A stretch of 64,000 nt of DNA, taken from assembly GCA_947852905.1 (NCBI GenBank), contig CANTVF010000005.1:44053-108052 (forward strand), given 5' to 3'. Numbering within the stretch: position 1 is the first letter of the stretch; every line of letters begins with the position of its first letter. The translations under genes were made by a program, and so were the position numbers. Below are positions 53,000 to 64,000 of this stretch, one piece after another. The notes beneath the pieces were generated by a model, which was given only the letters and a program-made list of their open reading frames with translations, made no database searches and was not told the DNA's origin. Source of the stretch: an uncultured Tidjanibacter sp. GTDB taxonomy: Bacteria > Bacteroidota > Bacteroidia > Bacteroidales > Rikenellaceae.

Positions 53000-54010
53000 C
53001 TATTTGGAAAAGTCTCCGCCGTCGTATGCCCATTTGAGGTATATGGAACCCCATGTGAATCCGCCGCCGAACGATGCGAGTATCAGGTTATCGCCTTTGG
53101 CGAGGCGGCTTTCGTAATCCCACAAGCATAACGGTATGGTGGCGGCCGTGGTATTACCGTATTTCTCTATTATGAGCATGCATTTTTCTTTCGGCAATCC
53201 GATTCGTTTTGCCACTGCGTCTATGATACGCAGATTTGCCTGATGCGGTACGAGGTAACGGATGTCTTTCGCCATAAGGTTGTTTCGGCGCATTATTTCT
53301 ACCGTCACGTCAGACATGTTGGTGACGGCAGCCTTGAATACGCTTTGTCCGTCCTGATGGGCGAAATGCCAACGGTTGCGTACGGTCTCTTCCGTTGCCG
53401 GATAGGCCGACCCGCCGGCTTTCATGTATAGGTGCTTGCCGCCGTTGCCGTCGCTGCATGTTATCGAGTCGATGAGGCCGTAACCTTCCTTGTTCGGTTC
53501 GAGGAGTACCGCGGCGGCACCGTCGCCGAACAGAGGCAGGGTAGTGCGGTCTGTCGGGTCTATTATGGACGACATCTTATCGCCTCCGACTACTATGACT
53601 TTTTTGTTCCTGCCCGATTCTATGAATTGGGATGCGGTGACCAGAGCGAATATGAAACCGCTGCATGCGGCGAGTATGTCGAACCCGAACGCATTCTTCA
53701 GTCCGCATTTGGCAGCCGTGATGTTCGCCGTCGATGGGAAGAACATATCCGGCGTTACCGTCGCGCAAATGATCATGTCTATATCGAGCGGATCGGTGTT
53801 GGTCTTTTCGAGCAAGTCGTTCACGGCCCTTTCGGCCATGTACGACGTCCCGAGTCCCTCTCCCTTGAGTATACGGCGGGTTTTGATTCCCACGCGTGTC
53901 ATGATCCACTCGTCGGATGTATCCACCATTTTGCTCAACTCGAAGTTGTCGAGTATGTATTCAGGCAGATAAGCACCGACACCTGTTATGGCAGCTGTAA
54001 TTTTCTTCAT
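53000..54010 (-). CDS. fabH: Beta-ketoacyl-ACP synthase III
   Basis: [23 protein letters not shown]. Confidence 0.97.
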   Translation of the reverse strand: MKKITAAITGVGAYLPEYILDNFELSKMVDTSDEWIMTRVGIKTRRILKGEGLGTSYMAERAVNDLLEKTNTDPLDIDMIICATVTPDMFFPSTANITAAKCGLKNAFGFDILAACSGFIFALVTASQFIESGRNKKVIVVGGDKMSSIIDPTDRTTLPLFGDGAAAVLLEPNKEGYGLIDSITCSDGNGGKHLYMKAGGSAYPATEETVRNRWHFAHQDGQSVFKAAVTNMSDVTVEIMRRNNLMAKDIRYLVPHQANLRIIDAVAKRIGLPKEKCMLIIEKYGNTTAATIPLCLWDYESRLAKGDNLILASFGGGFTWGSIYLKWAYDGGDFSK

Positions 54011-54960
54011 CAGAAATTACGAAATGTGTCTTGTAATTTATTAACTACGCCACCTTTTACATTCCTCTCCGTCTGGAGTATCATGTTCTGTATGGCGAGG
54101 GCCGATGAACGTCCGTGGCCAATGACGACTACGGCATTGATTCCGAGTACCGGCGTGCCGCCCACCACTTCGTAGTTTAGCCTGTCTATATAGGCATCCG
54201 TTATGCCGCGGCGGCTGGCGATCTCGTAAAACCCTTCGGTTTGCTTCAGTATGGTGTTGCCTACGAATCCGTCGCATACGACGACATCGGCTTTCAGTCC
54301 CGTGAAAATTTCGTTGGCTTCTATGTTGCCCACGAAATTGTAGGAGCCGTTTTCCGCCATCAGTTCGTATGCCGCTTTCGCTGCGAGATTTCCCTTTTCG
54401 CGTTCCGAACCTATGTTCAGCAGGGCGATACGGGGAGCTGGTTTACGAAGTACGGTCTGTGCGTATGCGTTGCCGATCATGCCGTACTGGTCGAGTACGT
54501 CGGGTTTGCAATCCACATTCAATCCGACGTCCAGCAGCAGAAAATCGCTGCCGTCAGTCGTAGAGATCTGTGCCGATATGGCAGGTCTGATTACGCCCGA
54601 TATGGTTTCGGCCGAATACATCGCACCGACCATCATCGGACCCGTGGCTCCTGCGCTGGCAAAACCGTCGATCTTTTTCTGTTTGAGGTAATCGAATCCG
54701 ACCCTTATGCTCGAATCGGTTTTCTGGTTGTACGCTTTGGCGGGGTGGTCCTCCATGGTTATCACTTGCGTGGTATGTACGATGTCGAATGCATCGTACT
54801 GCGCGCCGAGCGTCTCCATCAGTTGCCTGATCCTGCCTTCGTCACCGAACAGTACCAGCCTCGTATCCGCGGATATGCTGCCGAGAGCCTTTAATGCGCC
54901 CTGAACTACGACGTCCGGAGCGAAATCGCCTCCCATTGCATCGATACCGATCTTCAGCAT
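54010..54960 (-). CDS. plsX: Phosphate acyltransferase PlsX
   Basis: [27 protein letters not shown]. Confidence 0.96.
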   Translation of the reverse strand: MLKIGIDAMGGDFAPDVVVQGALKALGSISADTRLVLFGDEGRIRQLMETLGAQYDAFDIVHTTQVITMEDHPAKAYNQKTDSSIRVGFDYLKQKKIDGFASAGATGPMMVGAMYSAETISGVIRPAISAQISTTDGSDFLLLDVGLNVDCKPDVLDQYGMIGNAYAQTVLRKPAPRIALLNIGSEREKGNLAAKAAYELMAENGSYNFVGNIEANEIFTGLKADVVVCDGFVGNTILKQTEGFYEIASRRGITDAYIDRLNYEVVGGTPVLGINAVVVIGHGRSSALAIQNMILQTERNVKGGVVNKLQDTFRNF

Positions 54961-54991
54961 GTCAGATTGATCGAACCCTGATTATGCGGAG

Positions 54992-55174
54992 CTATTCCGC
55001 TTTTTTCTCGATAGCGAGTTTGCCGCGATAGAAGCCGCATTCGGGGCATACTCGGTGATACTGAACGGCTGCACCGCAGTTCGAGCAAACCGCTACGGTC
55101 GGGGTAGCAGCCTTGTAGTGAGTCCTTCTTTTATCGCGTCTCGTCGAGGAGACTTTGTGTTTAGGATGTGCCAT
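54992..55174 (-). CDS. rpmF: 50S ribosomal protein L32
   Basis: MAHPKHKVS, CSNC, HRVCPECGFY. Confidence 0.97.
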   Translation of the reverse strand: MAHPKHKVSSTRRDKRRTHYKAATPTVAVCSNCGAAVQYHRVCPECGFYRGKLAIEKKAE

Positions 55175-55212
55175 TGTTGTATGAAATATTTAATTTATAA
55201 ATTTTTACTCTC

Positions 55213-55779
55213 TTATTCCTGTTCTTCGAGTTTGCGTTTCAATGCTTCCAGTTTGCCGCTTTCGGGACTTTCGGCCAGCGTCCGCGATTCGGGATCGAAT
55301 GCATCGAACTCTTCCTGACTCACGATCCTGAAACGTGAAAGCATGTCGGCATCGCAAAGCAGATTGCCGTTCGCATCAGTGCCGTGTACCTTCTGGTAGG
55401 GTAGGCTGAGTACTATGCTTTCATAAATATATTGTGCCAGACGGAGTTCGCCGTCCGACGGATTGATCCACATTATTTCGCCGTCGTAATCGTCTATTTC
55501 GTCAGAGAACTTTACCGTCAGCGTACCTTTGTAGTCCACCGGTAACTGTAACTCGCCGAGGCATCTGTCGCACTGTACCGTTACTTCTCCGCGAATGGTT
55601 ACGTCCAACACCAGCATTGTAGCCGACTTGGTCAACTCTATCTTGGCTGTCAGTTTGCCGCCCTCTATCTCGGAATCCTCGAAAGCCTCGAAAAAGGCAT
55701 CGTCTATTCCGAATTCGAAAGAGTGCTTGCCGTTCGACAAACCTTTCCACTGTATGTTATAACGGCTTAACGTATCCAT
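55213..55779 (-). CDS. YceD/DUF177 family protein
   Basis: CDRCL motif; canonical position upstream of rpmF. Confidence 0.92.
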   Translation of the reverse strand: MDTLSRYNIQWKGLSNGKHSFEFGIDDAFFEAFEDSEIEGGKLTAKIELTKSATMLVLDVTIRGEVTVQCDRCLGELQLPVDYKGTLTVKFSDEIDDYDGEIMWINPSDGELRLAQYIYESIVLSLPYQKVHGTDANGNLLCDADMLSRFRIVSQEEFDAFDPESRTLAESPESGKLEALKRKLEEQE

Positions 55780-56552
55780 ATCGCATTATCAGCCCGCAAA
55801 TTTAGATAAATATAATTGAAATGCAAAGAATTCTTCCCGACTTTGATGTCTTTTCGCGTTATTCGTCCGGTCGGTATATGTCTGGTGTGTAACGTTAAGG
55901 TATTGGGTATTATGGTATTGCCGCCTGTGGGTTTATGCAGCGGTGAGGCGGGGCGACGGAGGAAATAACATATGTCGTGCGATATATGTGGTATTGGTCG
56001 GTTGTGATGTCTGACGATGCGAAATGGAGGAATGTCCGTAAATGTTTTTGCCGTCGTCCCGGATCTGTAGCATCTGAATATTTAGTGTCGATTTCGGAAT
56101 GACCGATACGGCGTTTATGGGGCGTGTTTGGAAAATGGAACTCGGCATTTCCGCCATAGCGGGCATATATTACAAGGCGTAGTTATAGTTTTCTCGTTTT
56201 GCGGAGTTGGGCTGGGACGTGTCGTATTTTGTAGGTTAGTATGGAGAAGGCTATTGTTGTGTGTATGGCGTGAAAAAACGGTCGCATTGCGTTCCGAATG
56301 TCATGCAGTGAATTGCAAGAATACTATATGTCTGGAACTGCTTTTAGGAAATACTATATTCTTGAGTGCCGATAATTATTGATCCGGCAGTAATAATTGA
56401 TTGAAATACTTTCAACTCAATATGTAAGTCGTTTTGATGCAAGAAGTATAGGAATGATTTACTAAGAATATGTTAATTTTGGATTGATGCGTGCAGCAAG
56501 CGGATGTGCAGAAGCATCTATATAGAAGTAACCCATTTAATTCTAATTTCTT

Positions 56553-56992
56553 ATGATACGGAATATCATTGCAAAATTAAGAGTATTACTAATGGTTACG
56601 TTTATTATGACATCGTGTGATCCCGATTTGGGGGTTGCAAATACATGGGAGCTTTACAATAATACAGATCAGGTACTGATATATCGTTACGTTAATATAT
56701 ATATCCGGGAGAACGTACTCACTTGTATACAACGAACATATATCCGATAAGTGAACACGAGAAACGAGATGTGGATATCTTTTTCGAAGATAATTCTCAT
56801 TATACTAAATTCAGCATTTATAAGAGAGGGCAAACAGATACTCCTGTCGTAGTATGGCAAAAAGAAGATAAAAATGCCGGGGGTAAACAGTTTTTCAATG
56901 GCAACTCTTGGTATTTGCTCGATGATATTCCCTCAAAAACGTCTGAAGCGGGAACATGGGTATTCGAGATAACATCCGAAGATTTGAAATAA
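56553..56992 (+). pseudogene. Lipoprotein gene split by a frameshift at an (AT)5 tract
   Basis: Lipobox MTSC in ORF 56553-56750; second ORF 56723-56992 is offset by +2; removing one AT from 56695-56704 gives a single 145-aa protein. Confidence 0.7.
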
Positions 56993-57003
56993 ATCGACAA
57001 CAT

Positions 57004-57030
57004 CCCCGGCAAATATTGAGTTTGCCGGGG
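57004..57030. terminator. Hairpin after the lipoprotein gene
   Basis: CCCCGGCAAA / TTTGCCGGGG. Confidence 0.75.
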
Positions 57031-57204
57031 AAGGCGCATTTTATTAATTGCTTTGAATCTTTGGAAAGTGGACGTTTGTGTATGTTGTAGACTCGAAATA
57101 TCGGCGGCAATCAGTTATGCGGTTGGATTTATGGCCAGTTTGATGCGTGGAATCTTTGTCGGCGTCGAGCCGTCGGCGATACCCAATATGTTCAGTTCAG
57201 ACCG

Positions 57205-58239
57205 TTAGCGCCCGGTTATGTCGTGTATGTCGTCTGCGACGAGTGCCGTTCGGCGACTTCTGTCGCGCAGGGCGAGGTCTGCGAGGGCTATTGCGAGGGC
57301 GGCTTCTGCTACGACGGCTCCGCGCAGGGCAATGCAGGCGTCGTGTCTTCCGCCTATTGCGATAGTCTCCGTCAGGCCGGTTTCGAGGTTTACCGTCTGT
57401 TGCGGCCGGGATATACTCGGGGTAGGTTTGAAGGCGACTCTCATCACTATTGCGTTTCCGTTGGCGATGCCGCCGTTTATTCCTCCGTCGTGATTGGTGG
57501 CGGTCGTTCCCGATGCGTCGGTTATGGCGTCGTTATTATTGCTGCCTGTGCTGTTCGCCGCACCGAATCCGGCGCCGAATTCCACTCCCTTGACGCCGGG
57601 AATGGAGAATGCTATGTGGGAGGCCATGCTTTCCACAGAATCGAAAAAAGGCTCTCCCCAACCGGCCGTAACGCCTTCGGCACGGATTTCGACTATGCCG
57701 CCTACGGAGTCGCCCGCAGCGGCTGCCCGAGAAACTATTTCTGCAAACTTCGTCTTGTCTGCGGAACCTCCGACCGAGACCAGTCCGGCCGACAGCCTGA
57801 CTTCGGGAATCGTCTTTTTGGCAATCACTCCCGCAGCGACTATCGCCGCGGTCATGCGACCGGAGAACATGCCTCCGCCGCGAGGATCGTTGTACCCGCC
57901 GTATTTGGTGCTGGCCGTGAGATCGGCGTGCGACGGTCTGGGCGTACTCTTCAGTGCGTAATAGTCTTCGGAACGTGTATCCGCATTTTCCAGCAATATC
58001 GTGACCGGAGCGCCGGTGGTGAAACCTCTGTACACTCCGGAGATCGTATTAGCACGGTCGGTTTCCGCTCGTGGGGTTACGCCCCTGCCTGCGCCTCCTC
58101 TGCGGCGTGCCATATCGGTGGCGAAATCGTCTTCCGAAAGCGATATGCCGGCCGGTACGCCGTCCACGGTGACGCCTATCGCCTTGCCGTGCGATTCTCC
58201 GAAAACGGTTATTCTGAATGTATGTCCGAAAGTGTTCAT
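57205..58239 (-). CDS. aroC: Chorismate synthase
   Basis: GESHG, RPSHAD, GGMFSGRMTA, FKPTPSI, GRHDACI. Confidence 0.97.
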   Translation of the reverse strand: MNTFGHTFRITVFGESHGKAIGVTVDGVPAGISLSEDDFATDMARRRGGAGRGVTPRAETDRANTISGVYRGFTTGAPVTILLENADTRSEDYYALKSTPRPSHADLTASTKYGGYNDPRGGGMFSGRMTAAIVAAGVIAKKTIPEVRLSAGLVSVGGSADKTKFAEIVSRAAAAGDSVGGIVEIRAEGVTAGWGEPFFDSVESMASHIAFSIPGVKGVEFGAGFGAANSTGSNNNDAITDASGTTATNHDGGINGGIANGNAIVMRVAFKPTPSISRPQQTVNLETGLTETIAIGGRHDACIALRGAVVAEAALAIALADLALRDRSRRTALVADDIHDITGR

Positions 58240-58242
58240 CGT

Positions 58243-59484
58243 TTAGTCGGCAGTGAGTGCGGACAGGTCGTCCCAGAATCGCGGGTACGATTTGGATACG
58301 GCCTGCGCATTGGTTATGGTGACGGGAGCTGCCGCGCCGAGGGCGGCTATCGCCGCTGCCATGGCTATGCGGTGGTCGTTGCAGCTGTCCACCGTACCGC
58401 CGTGCAGCTTGCCTCCGCGTACGGTCATGACGTCGTCCTGAAATTCCACGTCGAGTCCCAATTTGGTATATTCGCCCAGTATGGCGTCTGCTCGGTTGCT
58501 TTCCTTGTGTATCAACCTGTTGACACCCTTTACTGTGGTCGTGCCTGAACAGTATGCGCCGAGTACGGCCAGTATCGGGAACAGATCGGGACAGTGCGTC
58601 GCGTCGAAGTCGAAGCTGCTGAGCTCGCGTTTGCGGACGGTGACGGTGTCCGGAGTGGTTATTATCACGGCGCCGGCGCGGGTGAGCGCATCGAGGACTG
58701 CGAGGTCGGCCTGTAGGGATATGCGGTTCATCTCCGTAGTCTTGACTTCGCCGGCTATGGCGCCGGCTACGAGCATGAATGCTGCGCTGCTCCAGTCGCC
58801 TTCTATGGATATGCGCGCGGGGCGGTAGCGTTGCTCTCCGGGTATGAAAAATTCACGGAACGAATTGTGTTCCATGCGTATGCCGAATTTGGAAGCGAGG
58901 TCGACGGTCATCGCGAGGTACGGCAGACTGTTGGGTTGCTCGACGTGCAGTATCGTGTCGTCGGCAGCCAGAGGCGACGACATGAGAAGCCCTGTCAGGA
59001 ATTGGGAACTGACGCGGGCGTCAACGTCGCTCTCTCCGCCGCGCAACGGTCCGCGGACGCTGATTGGTAGGAAACCGTCTGATTCTACCGTAGCGCCTAA
59101 CTTTTCGAGCGGCTTTATCATCATGTCTATCGGTCTGCGGAGCATGGAGCCGGAGCCGGTGATGGTGATCTTGCGGTCGCACAGGGCGGCTATAGGAGTG
59201 AATAGGCGTGTGGCGAGACCCGATTCGCCCGTATTTATAGTATCGGAGACCGGAGAAAGGCCTCCGCGTATGACGTATTCGGTATCGCCAGTCCGCGTCA
59301 CCTTTGCGCCCAGATCGGTGATTACCTGCATGGCATAACGGGTGTCGTCGCACAGTTCTATGTTGCCGAGCGTGGTTTCACCGTCGCATAACAATGCCCC
59401 CGCCATGGCTCTCTGTGCATAACTCTTGGAGCATGGCGGTCTTATCTCGCCGTGTATCGGCGACGGATTGATGACCTTGTCCAT
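58243..59484 (-). CDS. aroA: 3-phosphoshikimate 1-carboxyvinyltransferase
   Basis: SKSYAQR, SSQFLTGLL, KESNR, DHRIAM, KSYPRFW. Confidence 0.97.
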   Translation of the reverse strand: MDKVINPSPIHGEIRPPCSKSYAQRAMAGALLCDGETTLGNIELCDDTRYAMQVITDLGAKVTRTGDTEYVIRGGLSPVSDTINTGESGLATRLFTPIAALCDRKITITGSGSMLRRPIDMMIKPLEKLGATVESDGFLPISVRGPLRGGESDVDARVSSQFLTGLLMSSPLAADDTILHVEQPNSLPYLAMTVDLASKFGIRMEHNSFREFFIPGEQRYRPARISIEGDWSSAAFMLVAGAIAGEVKTTEMNRISLQADLAVLDALTRAGAVIITTPDTVTVRKRELSSFDFDATHCPDLFPILAVLGAYCSGTTTVKGVNRLIHKESNRADAILGEYTKLGLDVEFQDDVMTVRGGKLHGGTVDSCNDHRIAMAAAIAALGAAAPVTITNAQAVSKSYPRFWDDLSALTAD

Positions 59485-59566
59485 AAATCTTTGTTCCGGT
59501 GTGATAGATAATTCATGGCTGTACTACGCCTCTCGCGCGTTTCGTGTCGGGGTTTGGTAGTGGCGG

Positions 59567-60301
59567 CTATCGTAGCTTGAAGTCCTGTCCGAGATATACC
59601 TTGCGTACCTGTTCGTCGTTTGCGAGATCTTCGGCCGATCCTGTTTTCAGTACCTTGCCTTCGAAAAGCAGATATGTGCGGTCCGTGATGCTCAGCGTCT
59701 CGTGTACGTTATGGTCGGTGATAATTACGCCTATGTTCCGGTCCTTCAGTTTCCGCACGATGCTCTGTATGTCTTCGACGGCTATGGGGTCTACGCCCGC
59801 GAACGGCTCGTCGAGCAGAATGAACTTGGGGTTTATGGCTACCGCGCGGGCGATCTCGATCCTTCGCCTTTCGCCGCCGGAGAGTTGTATACCTTTACTT
59901 TTGCGTACCTTGTGGAGGTTGAATTCGTCTATCAGCGTCTCGACACGTTCCTTCTGATACTCTTTCGGGAAATCGGTCATTTCGAGTACCGCCTTAATGT
60001 TGTCCTCCACGCTCAGGTGGCGGAATACGGAGGCTTCCTGCGCGAGGTAGCCTACGCCCATCTGGGCGCGTTTGTAGACGGGCAGTTTGGTGATGTCCTC
60101 CGTCGTACCGTCGTTTTCGAGATATATGTGGCCTTCGTTGGGCTTTATAAGCCCGACGATCATGTAGAACGTCGTGGTCTTGCCGGCGCCGTTGGGACCG
60201 AGCAAGCCTACTATCTCGCCTTGGTTGACGTCTATCGACACGTGGTTCACCACGGTACGGGTTTTATATTTTTTTACCAGATCGGTAGTGTACAGCCTCA
60301 T
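59567..60301 (-). CDS. lptB: LPS export ABC transporter ATPase
   Basis: GPNGAGKTT, LSGGERRRIEIAR, LDEPFAGVDPI, ITDHNV. Confidence 0.96.
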   Translation of the reverse strand: MRLYTTDLVKKYKTRTVVNHVSIDVNQGEIVGLLGPNGAGKTTTFYMIVGLIKPNEGHIYLENDGTTEDITKLPVYKRAQMGVGYLAQEASVFRHLSVEDNIKAVLEMTDFPKEYQKERVETLIDEFNLHKVRKSKGIQLSGGERRRIEIARAVAINPKFILLDEPFAGVDPIAVEDIQSIVRKLKDRNIGVIITDHNVHETLSITDRTYLLFEGKVLKTGSAEDLANDEQVRKVYLGQDFKLR

Positions 60302-60737
60302 TTTTTCGGAAAAGTTTTTACAAAGTTAGTCAAGTTTTCAAAAAAAACTCTATCTTTATGTTGTGAAAAGGAGTTGGAATGCCCGTTAAGGTTTGATTTA
60401 TGATTATGTAAGTGCCGTCTGCTCAGGAGTTTTATACGCCTGAGGAGGCTTTGTTTGTGGCTATAGGTGTGGTTTGCACAGCATTGGAACGGCATTTGCA
60501 GACGCGTTGAATACGGTCCCCGAATCATACCGTTCTTATTGACGTTGGTTAGAGGAATACGTATTTGTCGGCATTCGGACCGTACGCCGTGGCGGCGTGG
60601 CCGGAAACGAAAATATCAGGCGCCGGGAGGTGCGTTATTGTGAGTTCGACGGATTTTTCGTTTTCGGTCGCCGGAGTGGAAACAACGGAATATGATTGAA
60701 GGTCGAACTCTCATGTGTTTTTAATTTATTGGGCGAT

Positions 60738-62933
60738 ATGGATAATTCACAGGACACTTTACTGCACGATAAGCTGAAGGAATATTTCGGTTTCTCGTCG
60801 TTCAAAGGCAATCAGGAGGCTGTGATCCGTAATGTGCTTGCCGGTAAGGACACTTTCGTACTTATGCCTACCGGCGGCGGAAAAAGTTTGTGTTACCAGT
60901 TGCCTGCATTGCTTATGGACGGAGTGGCTATAGTCATCTCCCCGTTGATAGCTCTGATGAAAAATCAGGTTGACGCGATGCGTATGTTCAGTCAGCATGA
61001 CGGAATAGCCCACTTCCTAAATTCTTCGCTCAACAAGTCGGCCATAAACCAAGTCAAGGAGGATGTGCTGGCGGGCAAGACCAAGCTGTTGTATTTCGCT
61101 CCGGAATCCCTGACCAAGGAGGACAATATATCGTTCCTGCGCAAGATCAAAATATCTTTCTACGCCATAGACGAGGCTCACTGTATTTCGGAGTGGGGAC
61201 ACGATTTCCGTCCGGAGTACAGGCGTATAAGGCCTATCATGAACGACATAGGGCGTGCGCCGCTCATAGCTTTGACGGCTACTGCGACGCCGAAGGTGCA
61301 GCTCGACATACAGAAGAATCTCGGCATGACGGATGCCGCGGTCTTCAAGTCGTCTTTCAACCGTCCGAATCTTTTTTACGAGATACGTCCTAAAAACGAT
61401 GCCTCGCGCGAGATAATCAAATATATCAAGCAGAACGAGGGCAAGTCGGGAATAATATATTGTCTCAGCCGCAAGAAAGTCGAGGAGCTGGCCGAACTTT
61501 TGGTCGCCAACGGAATCAAGGCGTTGCCGTATCATGCCGGTATGGACGCTGCGACGAGGGCTCGCAATCAGGATGCGTTTCTCATGGAGGAGGCCGATGT
61601 GATAGTGGCGACGATAGCTTTCGGTATGGGTATCGACAAACCAGATGTGCGCTATGTCATCCATTACGACATTCCCAAAAGTCTCGAAGGGTATTATCAG
61701 GAGACGGGGCGTGCGGGGCGCGACGGCGGTGAGGGACGGTGCATAACGTTCTACAGTTATAAGGATATTCAGAAACTCGAAAAGTTCATGCAGGGTAAAC
61801 CTATCGCCGAACAGGAGATAGGCAAACTGTTGCTCATGGAGACTGTATCGTATGCCGAGAGTTCCATTTGCCGTCGCAAGACACTGCTGCACTATTTCGG
61901 CGAGGAGTATACCGAGGACAACTGCGGCAGCTGCGACAACTGCCTGCATCCGAAACCCAAGATCAATGTCCGCGAAGAGATGCAGACGATGCTCGAGGCA
62001 TTGAAATCCATAGGCCCCAAGTTCAAGATGGATCATCTTATAAACCTGCTCGAAGGCAAGGTGACGGCGATGATAAAGTCGTATGAACACAACGAGAACG
62101 AATATTTCGGCGAGGGCAGCGACCATGATGCTAAGTTCTGGGGCGCAGTAGTGCGTCAGGCCTTGATAATGGGGCTTATAGACAAGAATATCGAGAATTA
62201 CGGTTTGTTGTCTGTGAACGAGGCTGGCGAAAAGTTTATAAAGTCGCCATACGACGTTACCGTTACGCTCGACCACGATTATGACGAGGAGGGCGACGAC
62301 GATGTTGTGACGCCGGCAGGCAGGGGAGGTGACGGTGCGGCCGACGCCGAATTGTTCGCCATGCTTAAGGATCTGCGTAAGAAAGTGGCCAAGGAGCACG
62401 ATCTGCCGCCTTTCGTGATATTTCAGGATCCGTCGCTGGAGGATATGGCGATACAGTATCCCGTCACTATCGAGGAGATGCAGAACATTACCGGTGTCGG
62501 GGCCGGCAAAGCCAAGAAGTTCGGTGCGGAGTTCGTCGCTCTTATAAAGAAATATGTAGAGGATAAGGATATAATACGTCCGCAGGACATGGTCGTAAAG
62601 AGCGTGGTCAACCGTAGCGGTAACAAGATATTCATTATCCAGAGTATAGACCGTAAGATGGATTTCGAGGATATAGCGCGTGCGCGCAATCTCGATTTCG
62701 ACGAATTGCTGACGGAGATAGAGGCCATAGTCAATTCCGGAACCAGACTGAATATAAATTACTATATACAGCAGGTCATGGATGACGACAAGGCCGATGA
62801 CATATATCTGTACTTCAAGGAGGACGCCGAAAGCGATAGCATAGACGAAGCCATGCAGGAACTCGGAGCCGACTATTCGGAAGAAGAAGTGCGTCTGGTG
62901 AGAATAAAATTCCTTTGCGAACAGGGGAATTAA
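60738..62933 (+). CDS. recQ: ATP-dependent DNA helicase RecQ
   Basis: MPTGGGKS, IDEAHC, WGHDFRP, YYQETGRAGRDG, Zn-binding Cys cluster, HRDC domain. Confidence 0.98.
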   Translation: MDNSQDTLLHDKLKEYFGFSSFKGNQEAVIRNVLAGKDTFVLMPTGGGKSLCYQLPALLMDGVAIVISPLIALMKNQVDAMRMFSQHDGIAHFLNSSLNKSAINQVKEDVLAGKTKLLYFAPESLTKEDNISFLRKIKISFYAIDEAHCISEWGHDFRPEYRRIRPIMNDIGRAPLIALTATATPKVQLDIQKNLGMTDAAVFKSSFNRPNLFYEIRPKNDASREIIKYIKQNEGKSGIIYCLSRKKVEELAELLVANGIKALPYHAGMDAATRARNQDAFLMEEADVIVATIAFGMGIDKPDVRYVIHYDIPKSLEGYYQETGRAGRDGGEGRCITFYSYKDIQKLEKFMQGKPIAEQEIGKLLLMETVSYAESSICRRKTLLHYFGEEYTEDNCGSCDNCLHPKPKINVREEMQTMLEALKSIGPKFKMDHLINLLEGKVTAMIKSYEHNENEYFGEGSDHDAKFWGAVVRQALIMGLIDKNIENYGLLSVNEAGEKFIKSPYDVTVTLDHDYDEEGDDDVVTPAGRGGDGAADAELFAMLKDLRKKVAKEHDLPPFVIFQDPSLEDMAIQYPVTIEEMQNITGVGAGKAKKFGAEFVALIKKYVEDKDIIRPQDMVVKSVVNRSGNKIFIIQSIDRKMDFEDIARARNLDFDELLTEIEAIVNSGTRLNINYYIQQVMDDDKADDIYLYFKEDAESDSIDEAMQELGADYSEEEVRLVRIKFLCEQGN

Positions 62934-62984
62934 TATTTTGATGATATTGATTAGTTGATACTTTTCTTAAGTTTAGAATAATTT

Positions 62985-64000
62985 ATGATGAGAGAACGGT
63001 TTGCGTCTTCATATCGCTGGGATTTAGATGTATTGAAAGCAATAGCCATTCTGGCTGTTGTTTTTTATCATGTAGGTTGGCTTGCGACTGGGTATTTAGG
63101 CGTGGATGTATTCTTTGCCATCAATGGTTTTCTGGTGCTCCCTGCGTTGTTGATTCAAACGGGGGGGGGGGGGATTATCAATACTTTAGATGGCTGCTTA
63201 AACGCATAATGCGGCTTTGGCCGTTGGTACTTCTGGCATCTGCCATTTGTTTGGCCGTCGGTTTTATGGGGATGTTGCCAGACGCTTTTGAAAATTTAGC
63301 ACAATCGGTTATTGCTTCTGATTTGATGTCGCAGAACATTCTTTCTGCTATTACAACCGCTGATTATTGGGATGTAAGTAATGAATATAAGCCATTAATG
63401 CATTTTTGGTACATTGGCATTTTAGTCGAGTTTTATGTATTAATGCCTTTGTTGTTGATGTTTGTGAAATGGTGTACTCGCATGATTAAATGCGATTATT
63501 ATAAAGCATCTAAGATAGTTTTGTGGTTTCTGTTTTTCGTTTCATTGATACTTTATTTCTCTCCAAATATTTCACCGGCAGATCGCTTTTATTTTTTACC
63601 ATGTCGTTTATTTGAATTATTAGCCGGAGGTTTGGTCGGCATTTATATAGGACGTGATGGAACGGACCGATTTAAACCGGTAATAAGAGTTGCGGCTATT
63701 TTGGGTATCGTTCTGATATTGTGCGGCTCGTTATATATGCCACATGGAGATGGGACGATTAATGTGGTGAATGGTCTTAGAATTGACAGATTACTTGTTC
63801 CTCAAAATATTCTTTTACTGGTTGTCGTATTGCTGACATGTTGTCTATTGATTACTAAACAACGAGTTGCGATGCCCTCGGTGTGGGTAAGAGGAGTAGC
63901 GTTGATCGGGAAAATGAGTTTTTCCATTTTTGTATGGCATCAGATTCTTTTGGCGTTTTATCGTTATTTTATAGATAATGAAATGTCGTTATGTTTTGTA
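62985..64000 (+). pseudogene. Acyltransferase-3 (OafA/YrhL-like O-acyltransferase), frameshifted at a G13 tract; runs off the window
   Basis: N-terminus RWDLDVLKAIAILAVVFYH..GYLGVDVFFAING; from 63173 another frame is open to 64000 with KRIMRLWP, HFWYIGILVEFY, RLFELLAG, GKMSFSIFVWHQ. Confidence 0.9.

Overview
A Bacteroidota chromosomal window with Rikenellaceae/Alistipes-like gene content and TAnnTTTG -7 promoter boxes. The left end carries a complete type II-C CRISPR-Cas locus: an array of 12 full repeats plus 1 partial (12 spacers), leader, cas2, cas1, a 1221-aa cas9 with intact catalytic motifs, and a divergently transcribed tracrRNA readable directly from the sequence. An AT-rich secreted erythromycin-esterase-family gene follows. 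The rest is mostly housekeeping (ispE, sufE, secA, ridA, zupT, hpt, queE, aroQ, an RND efflux operon, rpsF-rpsR-rplI-rpmE, adk, thiL, tsaC, yebC, sdaA, fabH-plsX-rpmF, aroC-aroA, lptB, recQ, tRNA-Val, tRNA-Arg). Signals the ORF track does not show: a repeat point mutation that swept the leader-proximal array and weakens tracrRNA pairing; an anti-repeat in the CRISPR leader; two inverted copies of a ~160-bp palindrome-capped element; an orphan promoter/operator/terminator unit (candidate sRNA); a tRNA-Asp 3' relic (att-like); a stop-interrupted outer-membrane beta-barrel gene; a lipoprotein split at an (AT)5 tract; and an O-acyltransferase switched off at a G13 tract. All alignments and counts were done by eye; no database searches were run.
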